From: an uncultured Verrucomicrobiae bacterium
GTDB taxonomy: Bacteria; Verrucomicrobiota; Verrucomicrobiia; Chthoniobacterales; JAFAMB01
Direction of reading: 5' to 3'
DNA length: 64,000 nt
NCBI GenBank assembly: GCA_963782115.1
Contig: CAWAIK010000001.1
Location: 768,001-832,000, forward strand
In this document: positions 1 to 11,855 of the stretch, in pieces
How positions within the stretch are numbered: position 1 is the first letter of the stretch
Layout: each line of letters opens with the position of its first letter
The notes under the pieces: model-generated
What the model saw: only the letters and a program-made list of their open reading frames with translations
Database searches by the model: none
What the model was told of the DNA's origin: nothing
Position numbers and translations under genes: made by a program

Positions 1-2082
1 AGTAGGAATTTCCGGAAATTGCAACCTCTGCGCCCGGGTCCGCAATGTCATTCGGCGCCAGGAGCGCAGTATCGAGCGCGCGATACCAACCTCGTCCGGA
101 AACCGTTGGCAACTCAAAATCTAACGGTTCCCAGTACATATTCATCATGACATGAATTTCCGAATCTTGCTCGAAGCCGGCGAGGGTAAACCCAAGTGCT
201 CGAGAATTTGGATCATCCCAGCCAGGACTGGAAAGGCGACAGCCATGCCACACGATATCGATCAGCCCGCGGTCGTTTGGCTTACCCTGCTCACCCTGTA
301 AGAACTCCCTCCTTCGAAGCGCTCGGTTACGTTTGCGAAAATCAATCATGCGCTGGCAGAACCGAAAGATCTCACGGTTTTTCTCCGCGAGGCTCCAATC
401 AAACCAGCTGATTTCGTTGTCCTGGCAATACGGGTTATTGTTGCCACGCTGGGTACGTCGCACCTCGTCGCCTCCGCAGAGCATCGGAACGCCCTGCGAC
501 ACCATCATGATGGCGATGAAGTTTTTGATCTGTCTCCGGCGCAGATTCTCGACCTCCTGATCATTCGTCGGACCTTCGATGCCGCAGTTCCAGCTCAAGT
601 TGTTATCCGAACCATCCCGATTAGATTCGCCGTTCGCTTCGTTGTGCTTACTGTCGTAGGAAACGAGGTCGTTGAGGGTAAAGCCGTCATGGCAGGTAAC
701 GAAGTTGATGCTGTTGATCGGCAGATGGCCGCTCCATTGATACATGTCGGCGCTCCCGGCGATGCGCGATGCTACCGCGCCCACAAGTCCGGGATCGCCT
801 TTCACAAGCGCCGAATATCATCGCGGTACCGCCCGTTCCATTCGGCCCAGCGATAACCCGGAAAGTAACCGACCTGGTATGCACCCGCTGCATCCCAGGC
901 TTCAGCGACTATCTTGGTGTCCGCCAGCACGTCGGACAACTCGATAGCCCAGACTACGGGCGGATACGGCACCAGCTCACCGGACTGATCTCGTGCGAGG
1001 ATGGATCCTTCATCGAAGCGGAACCCATCAACATGCATATCACGGACCCAGAATTCCAGGCATTCGACGATCAGTTTTTCGGCGATCGGGTGATTACAGT
1101 TAACCGTGTTACCGCAGCCGGAGTAATCCATATAATATTGTTTGTCCGAGGGCACCAGATGGTAGTAAATCCTATTGTCCAGGCTTTTGAAATTGATGGT
1201 GGGTCCATCCTGATTTCCCTCGCTGGTGTGATTAAACACCACATCCAGAATCACCTCGATCCCGGCTCTGTGGAACGCCTTCACCATGTCTCTGAAGTCA
1301 CGAAGGTGACTGCCCTCTTCGTACGAAACACAGTAAGCGCACTTAGGAGCAAAGAAGCTGTGTGTGCTATAGCCCCAAAAGTTCGTTAGGGGTTTTCCAT
1401 CCGCCGGGCTGACGCGCATCACTTCCTTGTTGTCGAAGTCCATTACCGGCATGAGTTCTACGGCGGTTATGCCCAACCCTTTCAGGTAAGGAATCTTTTC
1501 GATGAGGCCGGAAAAGGTTCCCGGATGGGTCACTCCACTTGTGGGCGACTTCGTATAGCTTCCGACATGCAGCTCGTAAATGACGGTATCGCGCATCGGG
1601 CGATGGATTGGCATATCGCCTTCCCAATCGTAAGATGCCGCATCTATCACGATGCTGCGCATGGAAGTTTTCACGTTGTCATCCTGCCCGCAAGCAGCGA
1701 CGCGGTCCCAAAGGGCATTCGTGTTTCCTTTGGAGTAGGGGTCGATGAGCACCTTGTTTTTGTTGAACCGGTGGCCCAATGCCAATGAACTTTGACCCTC
1801 CTTTCTTTGGCTATCCTCTCTTGGACCATCGACTCGGTAAGCGTAGTGCGCGCCGGGTCGCAGGCCGCTCACATAGATGTGCCAGAAGAAGAACGTCGTG
1901 CTCACGGCCGGATCTAGCGGGATTACGTGGGTGGGCTCTAAATCCTTGGGCTTATCAAAAAGCAACAGTTCTACTCCCTTGGCGTCATAGGAGAAGATTG
2001 AGAAATTGACGCCTTCAGCGTCCGGGGTGGCACCCAAGGGATGACGCGAGCTCTTTTTGGTCGTACCTTTTTGGTCAGCCAT
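1..2082 (-). pseudogene. glgX: Glycogen debranching enzyme (isoamylase, GH13), frameshifted near 805; C-terminus runs off the window
   Basis: Motifs YELHV, NFWGY, DVVFNHTSEG, VDGFRFD and AEAWD in ORF 802-2082. After RYRDDIRR the expected FVKGD continues in another frame (one T missing), through IDIVWHG...MYWEPLDFELP. Confidence 0.88.
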
Positions 2083-2413
2083 ATCTCTTTTTTCTCTACT
2101 TCAAGCCGAGATCCGACAACAAAGAAACAAATGGAGAATTCTGGCGAAGCCGGTCGGCGCGTTCACTGGAATCTTCCAGTAATCTAATCATTTGTAAAGG
2201 GCACCACAGGTGCTCGAGGGTCTCCAGAAAGATTTGAGGGAATGCGTGCTATTCATCGTCCAGAGTGACACCTGTCGCCGTCGTGCCTGGCATCTGGGCC
2301 GTGAGTTAACTGTGGTCTCTGAGCTCAACACGGATACCTAGACCGGGAACGTCATGTTGTTCGTATTCTTAAAAACAGTATCCGGCGGAGGGTGAACGGC
2401 GCTATTATTACTC

Positions 2414-3814
2414 ATGTCTCAACCAGAACAGTTTGAAGTCCTGATCCTTGGCAGTGGACAGGGGGGAAAGTTACTGGCTTGGCATATGGCGCGCTCGGGG
2501 CGACGGACTGCCGTCGTGGAGCGCCGGTGGATCGGGGGCTCCTGCCCCAACATCGCCTGCCTGCCCAGCAAGAATGAGATTTGGAGCGCGGAAGTCGCAC
2601 ATCTGGTGCGTCACGCCGCGCAGTTCGGCACCACGACCGGTTCCGTCGCGACCGACATGGCAAAGGTTCGCCAGCGCAAGCGCGACATGGTTAACCGCGA
2701 AATTGATTTCCATTTGCGGCAATACAAGACGACCGGCGCCGAATTGATCATGGGGACTGGGCGTTTTGTGGCACCGAAAACGCTCGAAGTGCGCCTGAAT
2801 GACGGCGGGACGCGCGAGCTGGCGGGCGACCAGGTTTTCCTCAACATCGGAACGCACACGGCAATTCCGAGCGTTCCTGGTCTCGAGGCCGCCCGACCCC
2901 TCACACATATTGAGGCTCTGGAGCTCGACTACTTGCCGCCACATCTGATCGTCCTTGGGGGCGGCTATGTCGGCCTCGAATTGGCCCAGGCTTACCTTCG
3001 CTTCGGTAGCCGGGTGACGGTCATCCAGTCTGGGCCTCAGCTGATGACCCGGGAGGATCCTGACGTCGCGGCTGAAATGCAGCGGATTCTCAGTGAGGAA
3101 GGTATGCAAATTCTAGTGGCGGCTGAGCCCCTCAATGTGCACGGCCAATCCGGAAAGGAAGTCAGCGTGACCGTGCGCACTACCTCCGGTGAGCAAAAGA
3201 TCGAGGGCAGCGACATCCTGGTCGCAGCAGGGCGCATTCCAAACACCGCCGGGATTGGGCTTGAGAAAGCCGGCGTTGAGTTGGATGGTCGTGGCTACAT
3301 TCGCGTCAATGAGCGGCTGGAGACGACTGCGTCCGGTGTCTGGGCGCTGGGGGAATCCGCCGGTAGCCCCCAGTTCACGCACGTATCCGTCGACGACTTT
3401 CGAATCATCAGGGACAATCTGGCTGGAGGGAAGCGCAGCACTCGCGATCGGCTGGTTCCATACTGCCTGTTCACGGACCCTCCACTTGCCCACGTGGGAC
3501 TGAGCGAAGGCGATGCGCAACGCCAAGGCGTCACCGTGCGGGTCGCGAGATTGCCGATGAGCGCTGTGTTGCGGACAGAGGCGACGGGCGAAACACAAGG
3601 CTTCATGAAGGCTCTTGTCGGAGGGAGTGACGACCGCATTCTCGGCTTCACGATGATTGGTTCCGAGGCCGGCGAGGTCATGGCCGGGGTGCAAATGGCG
3701 ATTCTGGCAAACCTGCCATATGGGAGGATCCGAGACGCCGTTCTCGTCCACCCGACCATAGCGGAAGGACTCGGTTCACTCTTTTCGAATGTGCCGTCCG
3801 CGTCCGCACAATAG
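2414..3814 (+). CDS. Pyridine nucleotide-disulfide oxidoreductase (RclA/mercuric reductase-like)
   Basis: GSGQGG FAD motif, GGSCPNIACLPSK redox CxxxxC, GGGYVG NAD motif, C-terminal HPT. Confidence 0.9.
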   Translation: MSQPEQFEVLILGSGQGGKLLAWHMARSGRRTAVVERRWIGGSCPNIACLPSKNEIWSAEVAHLVRHAAQFGTTTGSVATDMAKVRQRKRDMVNREIDFHLRQYKTTGAELIMGTGRFVAPKTLEVRLNDGGTRELAGDQVFLNIGTHTAIPSVPGLEAARPLTHIEALELDYLPPHLIVLGGGYVGLELAQAYLRFGSRVTVIQSGPQLMTREDPDVAAEMQRILSEEGMQILVAAEPLNVHGQSGKEVSVTVRTTSGEQKIEGSDILVAAGRIPNTAGIGLEKAGVELDGRGYIRVNERLETTASGVWALGESAGSPQFTHVSVDDFRIIRDNLAGGKRSTRDRLVPYCLFTDPPLAHVGLSEGDAQRQGVTVRVARLPMSAVLRTEATGETQGFMKALVGGSDDRILGFTMIGSEAGEVMAGVQMAILANLPYGRIRDAVLVHPTIAEGLGSLFSNVPSASAQ

Positions 3815-3896
3815 GTCACGCCAAAAAGTGAGTTGTTGACGCCCCGATTCCCGCTTTCAACGGGTGCGGGCTCCAAACACAAAATAAGGAGAACAC

Positions 3897-4643
3897 ATGA
3901 GCAAACTCACAGGTAAAGTCGCAGTCGTCACCGGCGCATCCAAAGGCATCGGAGCGGCCATCGCCAAGTCACTGGCCGCAGAAGGAGCATCCGTAGTCGT
4001 GAACTACGCTTCCAGCAAGGCTGGCGCGGACACTGTGGTCGCCGCCATCACCGCAGCCGGTGGCAAGGCTGTCGCCGTGGGGGGCGACGTCTCCAATGCG
4101 GCCGAGGCACAGGGTATCATCGAAGCCGCCCTCAAAAACTACGGCCGACTCGACATCCTCGTAAACAACTCCGGCGTGTACGAGTACACCCCCCTCGAGG
4201 CTATCACCGAGGGGCACTTTCACCGGCACTTCAACATCAATGTGCTGGGCCTCCTCCTTGTTACGCAAGCCGCTGTGAAGTATCTCGGGGAGGGAGGCAG
4301 CATCATAAACATGGGCTCCGTTGCCAGTCGCATCACATCTCCGAACAGCGCGGTTTACTCCGGCACTAAGGCCGCGATCGACGCCATCACCATCGTGCTG
4401 TCCCGCGAGCTCGGCTCGAAAAAGATCCGGGTCAACACCCTCAGTCCCGGCATAGTCGAGACTGAAGGCACCCACAGCGGCGGCTTCATCGGATCTGAGT
4501 TCGAAAAGTTCGCCGTCGCGCAGACTCCGCTCGGCCGCATCGGCCAACCAAGTGATATCGCCTCCATCGCTGTCTTTCTGGCCTCGGAAGACTCCGCCTG
4601 GCTTACCGGCGAACGACTTCTCGCCACCGGTGGCCTTCGTTAA
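3897..4643 (+). CDS. Short-chain dehydrogenase/reductase
   Basis: TGASKGIG, NNSG, YSGTK catalytic motif; AGGAGA RBS. Confidence 0.92.
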   Translation: MSKLTGKVAVVTGASKGIGAAIAKSLAAEGASVVVNYASSKAGADTVVAAITAAGGKAVAVGGDVSNAAEAQGIIEAALKNYGRLDILVNNSGVYEYTPLEAITEGHFHRHFNINVLGLLLVTQAAVKYLGEGGSIINMGSVASRITSPNSAVYSGTKAAIDAITIVLSRELGSKKIRVNTLSPGIVETEGTHSGGFIGSEFEKFAVAQTPLGRIGQPSDIASIAVFLASEDSAWLTGERLLATGGLR

Positions 4644-4902
4644 TCCGTAAACAACTGTTCGGTAAAAGGCGGCACTTCTCCAACGCGAGTTCAAGTCCAT
4701 GCGACAGAGTCTTCTGAATCAGGCAAGCAGTGTGATGGACCGCGGCTGAGTAGAAGACTGAACCGCGAAGTGACTTATACTTGTAGATTAGCTCTTCAAG
4801 AGTAACGATCACGGACGCAACGGAAGAACCATAGTGGCCATAGGGGGCTGAATTGAAGGAGCAAGGAATGACCCCGGCGCTTCACGAAAGGTAGTTTATT
4901 AG

Positions 4903-5736
4903 ATGCCTCTCCTCGTCACAAGCGCGGCCGGTGCAAATGGCAACGGATATGGCACGCTTCTGGCCTTCGACCTCAATGGCAGGTCGCTCGGTGCCTTCAG
5001 CGGTGACAGCCGCATTGCCGATCCACGCGGCCTTGCCGTCGATCGGGACGAAGGGCTGCTCTTTCTCAACAGCGGCACCGACCGGGTGTTGGCGCTCGAC
5101 CCGAATAGGAGGGTCGTTTGTGACAGCGGCCCGATTGAAGGGCTGAACCCCGGCGGCAGCAATTTTGGGCCGGACGGCCGTTATTATGTCGGCGCGCGCA
5201 GCGCGCGTACGATCATGGCTTTTTCAATCGGGCTTGGCGCGACCGGCGAGTATGTCCTGCCGGCCGGGATAGTGCCATTTCCCCGCGGATTTGCGTTCGG
5301 TCGTGACGGCAGGCTGTTCCTGGGCTCCGGCATCGGCCCGAATGGCGAGGGCGACGACACCATCGTCGCGTTCGCTTCCACGGGACCTATCCAGGCGTCC
5401 CGGTTGGTGACGGATCCGGAACTCAGCCCTCTCGATCTTGCGATCGCGCCCAACGGCAACATTGTGGTTTCCAGCGAGCGTCCATTCGGCATGTCTGACG
5501 CCGTGACGACGGTTCGAGAATACGATGCCCTGGACGGCCGCCTCGTCCGCGTCTTCTCTCCAAACCAACTCGCCGAATTCCGCAAGCCCCGCGACCTGCG
5601 CTTTGCTCCGAACGGGCATCTCTGCTGCGTCGCGCAGGATGAGGTTGTCGCTTTCGATTTCATCAGCGGTGAATGCCTTGGGGTCATTGTGCGCTTGCCC
5701 CGCTTGAACGGGCAAGCGCTAGTGTTTTTTCCTTAG
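4903..5736 (+). CDS. Hypothetical beta-propeller protein (NHL/SMP-30-like)
   Basis: Repeated blade motifs DPRGLAVD, FPRGFAFG, SPLDLAIAPNG, KPRDLRFAPNG. Confidence 0.65.
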   Translation: MPLLVTSAAGANGNGYGTLLAFDLNGRSLGAFSGDSRIADPRGLAVDRDEGLLFLNSGTDRVLALDPNRRVVCDSGPIEGLNPGGSNFGPDGRYYVGARSARTIMAFSIGLGATGEYVLPAGIVPFPRGFAFGRDGRLFLGSGIGPNGEGDDTIVAFASTGPIQASRLVTDPELSPLDLAIAPNGNIVVSSERPFGMSDAVTTVREYDALDGRLVRVFSPNQLAEFRKPRDLRFAPNGHLCCVAQDEVVAFDFISGECLGVIVRLPRLNGQALVFFP

Positions 5737-6056
5737 TAGATCCCCGGTTTTCGTAAAGTTGCTCGATTAGTCAATGCGCCGCCGGGCTGAAGGGCAGAGT
5801 AGACCGTTCGAGGGCTTCGGGAGGATCACAGGAGGAGGGTAATTCAGAAGCATGCAAGCATTGATAAAGAGAGAGAGCAACTGGTTAAACGCATTCAGGC
5901 GGCGGTCCGGGCCGCGAAACTGCGACGCGGGCCGTCTTCTTCACGCCTCGACGCCAGTTTGAAAGGGCCGGTTCTGAGCAATTCATTTTGACTTATGAGT
6001 TTCGACGCAATCAATGACATCTCATCGGGTATGGAGTAGTTTCCTCGCCCTGTTGT

Positions 6057-7172
6057 ATGATTTTTGGGTTGTGGAAGCGTAGTGAGACGGATTCGACGAA
6101 GTTTGTTTCGTATACGGCCAGCGCCGCAGGTGTGTGCGTTGCCAGAGTTGCATATGAAGATATTCGCCAGGCATTTGGACTCCCTGGTGTGTCCAATGAA
6201 CTTCTGCGTGCCCGTGCGAATGCAAGAGTAACCAACAAGAAAGCACTTAGCGAAATAGCCACCAGTCTCTTGGAAGCTGGTCAGGCAAAGCGCATTTATG
6301 ATTATCTTGTTGTCGATATCAGCCGCAGTGACTTGGCTACGAGAAAGAAGGAGTTCGCGTGGAGTGAGGACGACATTCCTGAGAGTATGGGGCTGGAAGC
6401 AAAGCCAACCACGGTACCTTTCAGCCATTTCGAACTGGAAAGTGACATAGTGTATCAACTGCTGATGTCACTCGGCTATAGGCATGTTTTCCTTTGTAAT
6501 TCCAATGAGGGGCAAAAGTTTGAATCTGGAGCCGATGTGTCAACAAATTTGAAGAATCGTTTAACCGGATTTCAGGTCAAGGAGTACCATTTCGATCTGG
6601 GGAGTGGGAAGAAGGGAAGTAAGGCGCGAGGTGAAGAGTCTCGAAAAGCAGCTGATGGTCTGCCAGCCCCAATGTGGGTGAAGCCGCTCTCGATGCCAGC
6701 GTTAATCCATCTGGTTCGAGAGGCAGCCAAGAAAGGATGGTCTGAAAAGGACTTCCCTGACATGAGCCTTTTGATTGCGGCATCAATACCGCAGTTAAGA
6801 GGAACAGGATCAACGTTCTTGTATAAACCAAGCCTAAGTGTGGATGAGATGAACGCGCAACTCTTTCCAATATTGGAACGGACCAAATATTCCGCTGCCT
6901 ATCTCTATCTCGTGATGTGGAGGTCTGTTTACAAATGGACGAGAGAAGGTGGGTGGAAAATAAGCGACCTATCACTCTCACAGGGGACGAACTCGCGTGG
7001 AACGCCATTGGTTCAAGTACCAGGCCCATTCGTTCAGTATGGAAACGAGCCAAATAAGCGCAACGTAGGGGCGCAACGGTCTCGGACGCTCCACATTGGA
7101 TATCGTTCCAGGGAGTGGCAAAGCTCCAGCATACTCTTTGGCAGTGCGCCCGAGCGTGTCGCCTCGATCTGA
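6057..7172 (+). CDS. Hypothetical protein, possible PD-(D/E)xK nuclease-like fold
   Basis: 371-aa ORF in lower-GC DNA; GADV...GFQVKE motif. Both ends uncertain. Confidence 0.45.
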   Translation: MIFGLWKRSETDSTKFVSYTASAAGVCVARVAYEDIRQAFGLPGVSNELLRARANARVTNKKALSEIATSLLEAGQAKRIYDYLVVDISRSDLATRKKEFAWSEDDIPESMGLEAKPTTVPFSHFELESDIVYQLLMSLGYRHVFLCNSNEGQKFESGADVSTNLKNRLTGFQVKEYHFDLGSGKKGSKARGEESRKAADGLPAPMWVKPLSMPALIHLVREAAKKGWSEKDFPDMSLLIAASIPQLRGTGSTFLYKPSLSVDEMNAQLFPILERTKYSAAYLYLVMWRSVYKWTREGGWKISDLSLSQGTNSRGTPLVQVPGPFVQYGNEPNKRNVGAQRSRTLHIGYRSREWQSSSILFGSAPERVASI

Positions 7173-7597
7173 TTGTATGCTCTTTATGGAATGAGAGCTG
7201 CCCGGGCGCCAATTTGTTCAAACGCCAGCGATCGTCATTCAAAGTTCGGTTTGAACGCTTCTCCTTTACTTGTTGGGCGTAAAAGGCAAGGCTTCGCAAA
7301 GCTGGGTAATTGCGAACGTGCCCTGCTTGGTTGGGAAGAACCGGCTCGTCTCTTACCGGTTTCCGAATCCAAGCTGGAACCCTGAACGCCGGCTATTTTT
7401 TCGGGGTAGGACCGAGGGGCATTTTTAGCCAACATTGTTGTTGTTTGTTGTAAAGAACATTCCAAGATGGCCGATTTGGGCGCTTTTGTCCACGATTGGG
7501 GGGTACCTGACCAATCGAACATCATCGACCCGGATGAAACCTTAATTAATGAGAATAGTAGACGGACGATAATTGACATATTGGGTAGCGAGACGAG

Positions 7598-8496
7598 ATG
7601 AAACAGATGTTCATCGTTGGGCACGGTGGCCCAGAGAAACTACAGCTGCGCCAATCCCCGGACCCGAGCCCGGCCCAGGGCGATGTGGTGGGGCCTGGCT
7701 CGGGGCAATCCTGGATCGAGAGGCACGTCTTTGCATTGACGCGTTTCGGCGGCTATTCAGACGTGGTGGTCGTTCCAGAGAAACACGTTTTCCGAAAGCC
7801 GGCCTCGCTCTCCCACGAACAGGCCGCGGCAATCCCAGTTAACTACCTTACTGCGTGGCAGCTGCTCGTGGTCATGGGCTCGCTGAAACGTGAGGAGACG
7901 GTGCTAGTGCTAGTTCACAATGTCGGCGGTGGCGTCGGACTTGCCGCGATTGACATTGCACGCCACACCGGTTCCACGATTTACGGAACGGCAAGCAGCG
8001 CAAAGCACGCCTTCCTGTTCGAGCGCGGGGTGCACGAAGCTATCGACTACCGCGCAAAGGACTGGGTAGTCGAACTGGACCGGCTCACCAATGGAAAAGG
8101 CGTGGCACTCATCACCGATCCGCTTGGCGGCAATCACTGGAAAAAAGCTACAAGGCGCTGCGCTCAACGGGACGGCTCGGGATGTTTGGTGTTTCTGTGG
8201 CAACGACCTCGAAGCTGCCGGGGCCTTTGCGTCTGCTGCCGCTCGCGCTTGGCACGCCGTTTTTCCGTCCGCTCGCGCTAATGAACGCAAACAAATCCGT
8301 CTTCGGCGTGAACCTCGGTCACATGTAGCACGAGAGCGACATGATTGCGGGTTGGATGGAGATATTGCTGAAAGGCGTCGCGGATGGCTGGGTCCGCCCC
8401 CATGTCGACAAGAGCTTCCCGCTTGCGCAGGCCGGCGAGGCGCAAACGTATATCGAAGAGCGCAAGAACATTGGCAAGGTAGTGCTGACAACGTGA
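7598..8496 (+). pseudogene. NADPH:quinone oxidoreductase (MDR, VAT-1-like) pseudogene
   Basis: AAAIPVNYLTAW, HNVGGGVG and a C-terminal RKNIGKVVL in another frame. N-terminal internal deletion, frameshift near 8140, in-frame TAG at 8326. Confidence 0.8.
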
Positions 8497-8570
8497 GGCG
8501 GTCAGCACTTTGGGATCGCCATTCCAAGTTCGATCAAGACAAAGATTTTGATGCCCAAGGCGCAAACAAA

Positions 8571-8611
8571 GAAGGGACAGCTCAGATAGAAGGGACAGCT
8601 CAGATAGAAGG
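8571..8611. repeat. 18-bp tandem duplication (GAAGGGACAGCTCAGATA x2)
   Basis: Read directly from the sequence. Confidence 0.85.
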
Positions 8612-8787
8612 AGAGGTGAAGGACGGGTAAGAAAGACAGGGCCGTAACGAGAAAAGGTGCCTCAGGTCGGAAGCGTCGAAGAGCGCTGGATGCTTTCACT
8701 AAGCTAAGGAGGTGTACGCTGAGTGGCATCACCTTCCCCTAGAGTCACCGCGACGGCAATTCGGATTCGAACGAAAGGAGTTTACTT

Positions 8788-9806
8788 ATGCGGCAGTTGC
8801 AACTTATAGCTCACGGCGAACCTTCAGATGTCATCGAACTCAAGACCGTCCCCGAACCGCCTCTTGGCCAGGACGATGTTCTCATCTCGATGGATGCGGC
8901 GCCGATGAATCCGTCGGACTTTTTGTTCGTGCGCGGCACCTACGGCATCCAGCCCGCGTTCCCATCTCCGCTAGGCGGTGAAGGTGTTGGCCTGGCCGAG
9001 TCGCGAAGATCGGATCGAGGGTGAATGTTGCTCTCCGGGGCAAGCGAGTCCTGATTCTTTCTACCTACGAACAAGGCACATGGGCAGATGAAGTTGTCGT
9101 GCACGTGCGAAACATAGTGCCAATAAGCGACGAAGCAGATCCCCTGCAACTTTCGATGATCGGAATTAACCCTGCTACCGCCTATCTCTTGCTAAACCGG
9201 TACGTTTCCCTGATGCCCGGTGACTGGATCGGTCAAACCGCAGCCAACGCGGCCATGGGGCAGTACATCATCGCGCTCGCGAAGCTTGCAGGAGTCAAGA
9301 CGCTGAATGTCGTCCGGCGGAAAGAAGCTGCCGAACAGGTGCGGCAGTGGGGAGGTCACCGCGTAGTCCTCCAAGGCGACAACTTACACAAGGATATTGA
9401 GGAGGCTCTCGACGGGAAGAAACTTAGCCTCGTCCTCGATACGGTGGGTGGAACTCCCGTGGGCGAGTTGGCAAAGTCGCTTAAACCTGGCGGCTCGATT
9501 GTTGTCTACGCCATGCAAGGCGGGCAGTTCCCAGCCATCTCGCCCAAAGACTTCATCTATCGTGGTCTTAGCCTCCATGGATTCTGGCTCATCAATTGGT
9601 TACGCAACGCGCCTCGCACAGAGATCGAGGAGATTTACCAGAAGCTGGGAGACCTCGTAGCTGATGGATCGCTCTCCGCCGCAGTGGAGCATGTCTACCC
9701 GCTCGACCAGTTCAAGGAAGCGTTCAAGCAATCTTTGAAATCGAATCGCAGCGGCAAGGTCCTGTTCCGGTTGGGGGCTACTGATGTGGCCGTGATTTCG
9801 ACGTAA
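8788..9806 (+). pseudogene. MDR-family enoyl-thioester reductase-like protein, frameshifted near 8990-9020
   Basis: AAPMNPSD...YG...LGGEGVG in the first ORF; INPATAY, QTAANAAMG and GKVLF in the second. Confidence 0.8.
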
Positions 9807-10465
9807 CCGGAGACAACAACAACGAAGCCGTAGAAGCTTCAAGTTTAGAGAGAACTCATTGTATGTAAGTACGCGTGACGGCGCTCTTGATCGGCCGGTC
9901 GTGGCCAGCGCGCAGACGACCACTTGACAGCTGATACGAATCGACCACCCGTAACTAACATCCTGAATAAAATGCGGAAGAGCGTTCAGGGCAAGGCCAA
10001 GCAGCTGATTCATGAAAGTAGGCGTTAGACCAACCACAAGAGAAGGATTTGCTCGCCTCGGACCTAGCTAAAGCTTCGTGATGCGGCTGACAAATTCTGC
10101 AAATTCCGGGTCTTTGCGAGCGACGGCTAAATCTTCGGGTTGCGCCACCTGTTCACTTGAAAACGTGGAACTGACAGGCGTCCCCGCCGCTCGCGCTTCG
10201 GCTGCGATTCGCGCTTCAATGTCGTGAAGGTGGTCAGGGCCGCTCAAGCGGAATGAAATCGCTGAAAGCGGACCAAACAATAGCGCTCGAGCCAGCTGCG
10301 GCCACGCCTTTAGATCGGGTTCGACATCCGCTTCGCGCGCGAACAGAAGCGCTATGAGATGCATCGCCTGCAGTTGCGATTTTCCTCGCGCGCATCGGTA
10401 TTTTGCAATTCCAGCGTTCATCTGACTCTGGGTGGGAAGCGGCCGTATTCCGCTCCAGACATAAG

Positions 10466-10965
10466 TGATCCAGCGAGCTTGTAGTAGCTGAAACCGTTGC
10501 CCACAAGTTAACGGCCCGGTTGTCTCCAGCGGAACGCCAGGGAATCAAAGAAAAGCCTACCAATGACTTGGAGTCCTATGACCCGTATCTCCAGGCTAAG
10601 CAGCTGATCCCGCACGGGAACTCTATGCTTGTTCTGTGGGTGGCGGAGCAGGAAAATCTCCTGAAGGGAGTCAGGCTGCTAGAAGAAGCGACCCAAAGGG
10701 ATCCAAAATTCGCTCTCGCATATTGCTTAATCGCTAAGGCTCATGACTTTCTCTATTTCGATCAACTCGATCACACGCAAGAGAGGCGCGCACTGGGTGA
10801 TGCCGCCGTGAACGAAGCCCTGCGTATTCGGCCGGATCTTCCCGAAGTTCATTTGGCAGCCGCGTTTCATCTCTATTATATAGGTGCTATCGGGATTTTG
10901 AGAGAGCTCGCGTCCAGATAGCAATTGCGGCACGAACCCTTTCAAGCCACTCCGAACTGCTTGAA
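10466..10965 (+). pseudogene. Fragment of a TolB-like/TPR domain typical of cyclase/kinase-TPR proteins
   Basis: LSPAERQGIKEKPTNDLESYDPYLQAK...DPKFALAYC...ALRIRPDLPEVHLA; no start, frameshifted. Confidence 0.65.
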
Positions 10966-10967
10966 CA

Positions 10968-11160
10968 ATGGCGAATGTCCTCAAAAGTGAGTCTGCAAAC
11001 AACGATTTACAGTCTGGCCGATCGCGGATGATCGCAGCGACGGGAGCGAGCGAGCTGGGGATCAATCGCGAGACAGTGGGCCGGTATAACTAGCAGACTT
11101 CTGCCGTCACTACGGGGTCCATGTGATGCCGTGCCAGCCGTACAGACCCCAGCACAAGGA
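10968..11160 (+). mobile_element. IS21-family istA remnant
   Basis: Broken reading MANVLK.VSLQTTIYSLADRG...ELGINRETVGRY (HTH) joined directly to HYGVHVMPCQPYRPQHK from the catalytic core. Confidence 0.7.
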
Positions 11161-11359
11161 GTTGGTTTCATACTGCGCCTCATAGGTACTATCTAGGATA
11201 AGTGGTTGGTTTGCTCAATTTAATGCGTCGTTTTATCTGTTGGATCGTGTCCTCATTCGGATGTTCATAAAGATATTCATTTTGTCATTTAGGCGGATTC
11301 CGTTCAGTAGCCCTTTTTGCCGCCAATAATTGACTAGGCGGTGTTTGCTTGCGATCAGT

Positions 11360-11855
11360 TCAGCAATTTGCTGTTAAAAGTCCCTTTCCGCGCAAACGCG
11401 CGCTTCGGCTTGGCAGTTTTTGATTGGTGCTCAAACTGCGAATCATCCGAGCATCGAACAACTGATTTCCCGACGAGCGCCAACCCTTGCTGTTGAGTTT
11501 GGCCGCGATTTCGGAGTCGGTACATGGCTCCAGCAAGCGATCGACTTCGGCGACGATCTCGGGTTTGGTCTTGCGCAGTTGCCATGCTCTGGCCGGCAAC
11601 TGAATTCTCAAGACTTTGGTGGCGCCACCCTTGAAGCGTACTTGCGCAATGACCTGGGAGTGTTCTCTGTTCAAGGTAACGTCTTCGAATATCAACCGAG
11701 CCATCCGCTTGCGGTCCCGATCGCTGGTGCCGGGATCTTTCCACAACCTGGGAAAGTCTTCGGCTAAAGCCGCCAGGATCTGCGCCTTCTGCTGCCGGGT
11801 GATTGTCCGTTGGCCGCTTTCCCGTTGCTTTTCGTAATCCTCACGTGCTTGCTGA
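11360..11855 (-). mobile_element. C-terminal fragment of a large serine recombinase-family protein
   Basis: LAEDFPRLWKDPGTSDRDRKRMARLIFEDVTL...VRFKGGAT...IAAKLNSKG; no catalytic N-terminus. Confidence 0.65.

Noticed and set aside
2471..4700. Long antisense ORFs (2471-3109, 3113-3751, 3969-4700 and similar elsewhere)
   Set aside because: Shadow ORFs opposite well-supported genes in GC-rich DNA, with no motifs.
5737..5772. TAGATCCCCGGTTTTCGTAAAG as a possible IS end sharing AGATCCCC with the 18630 TIR
   Set aside because: Only 8 bp match, and no partner end or transposase is identifiable.
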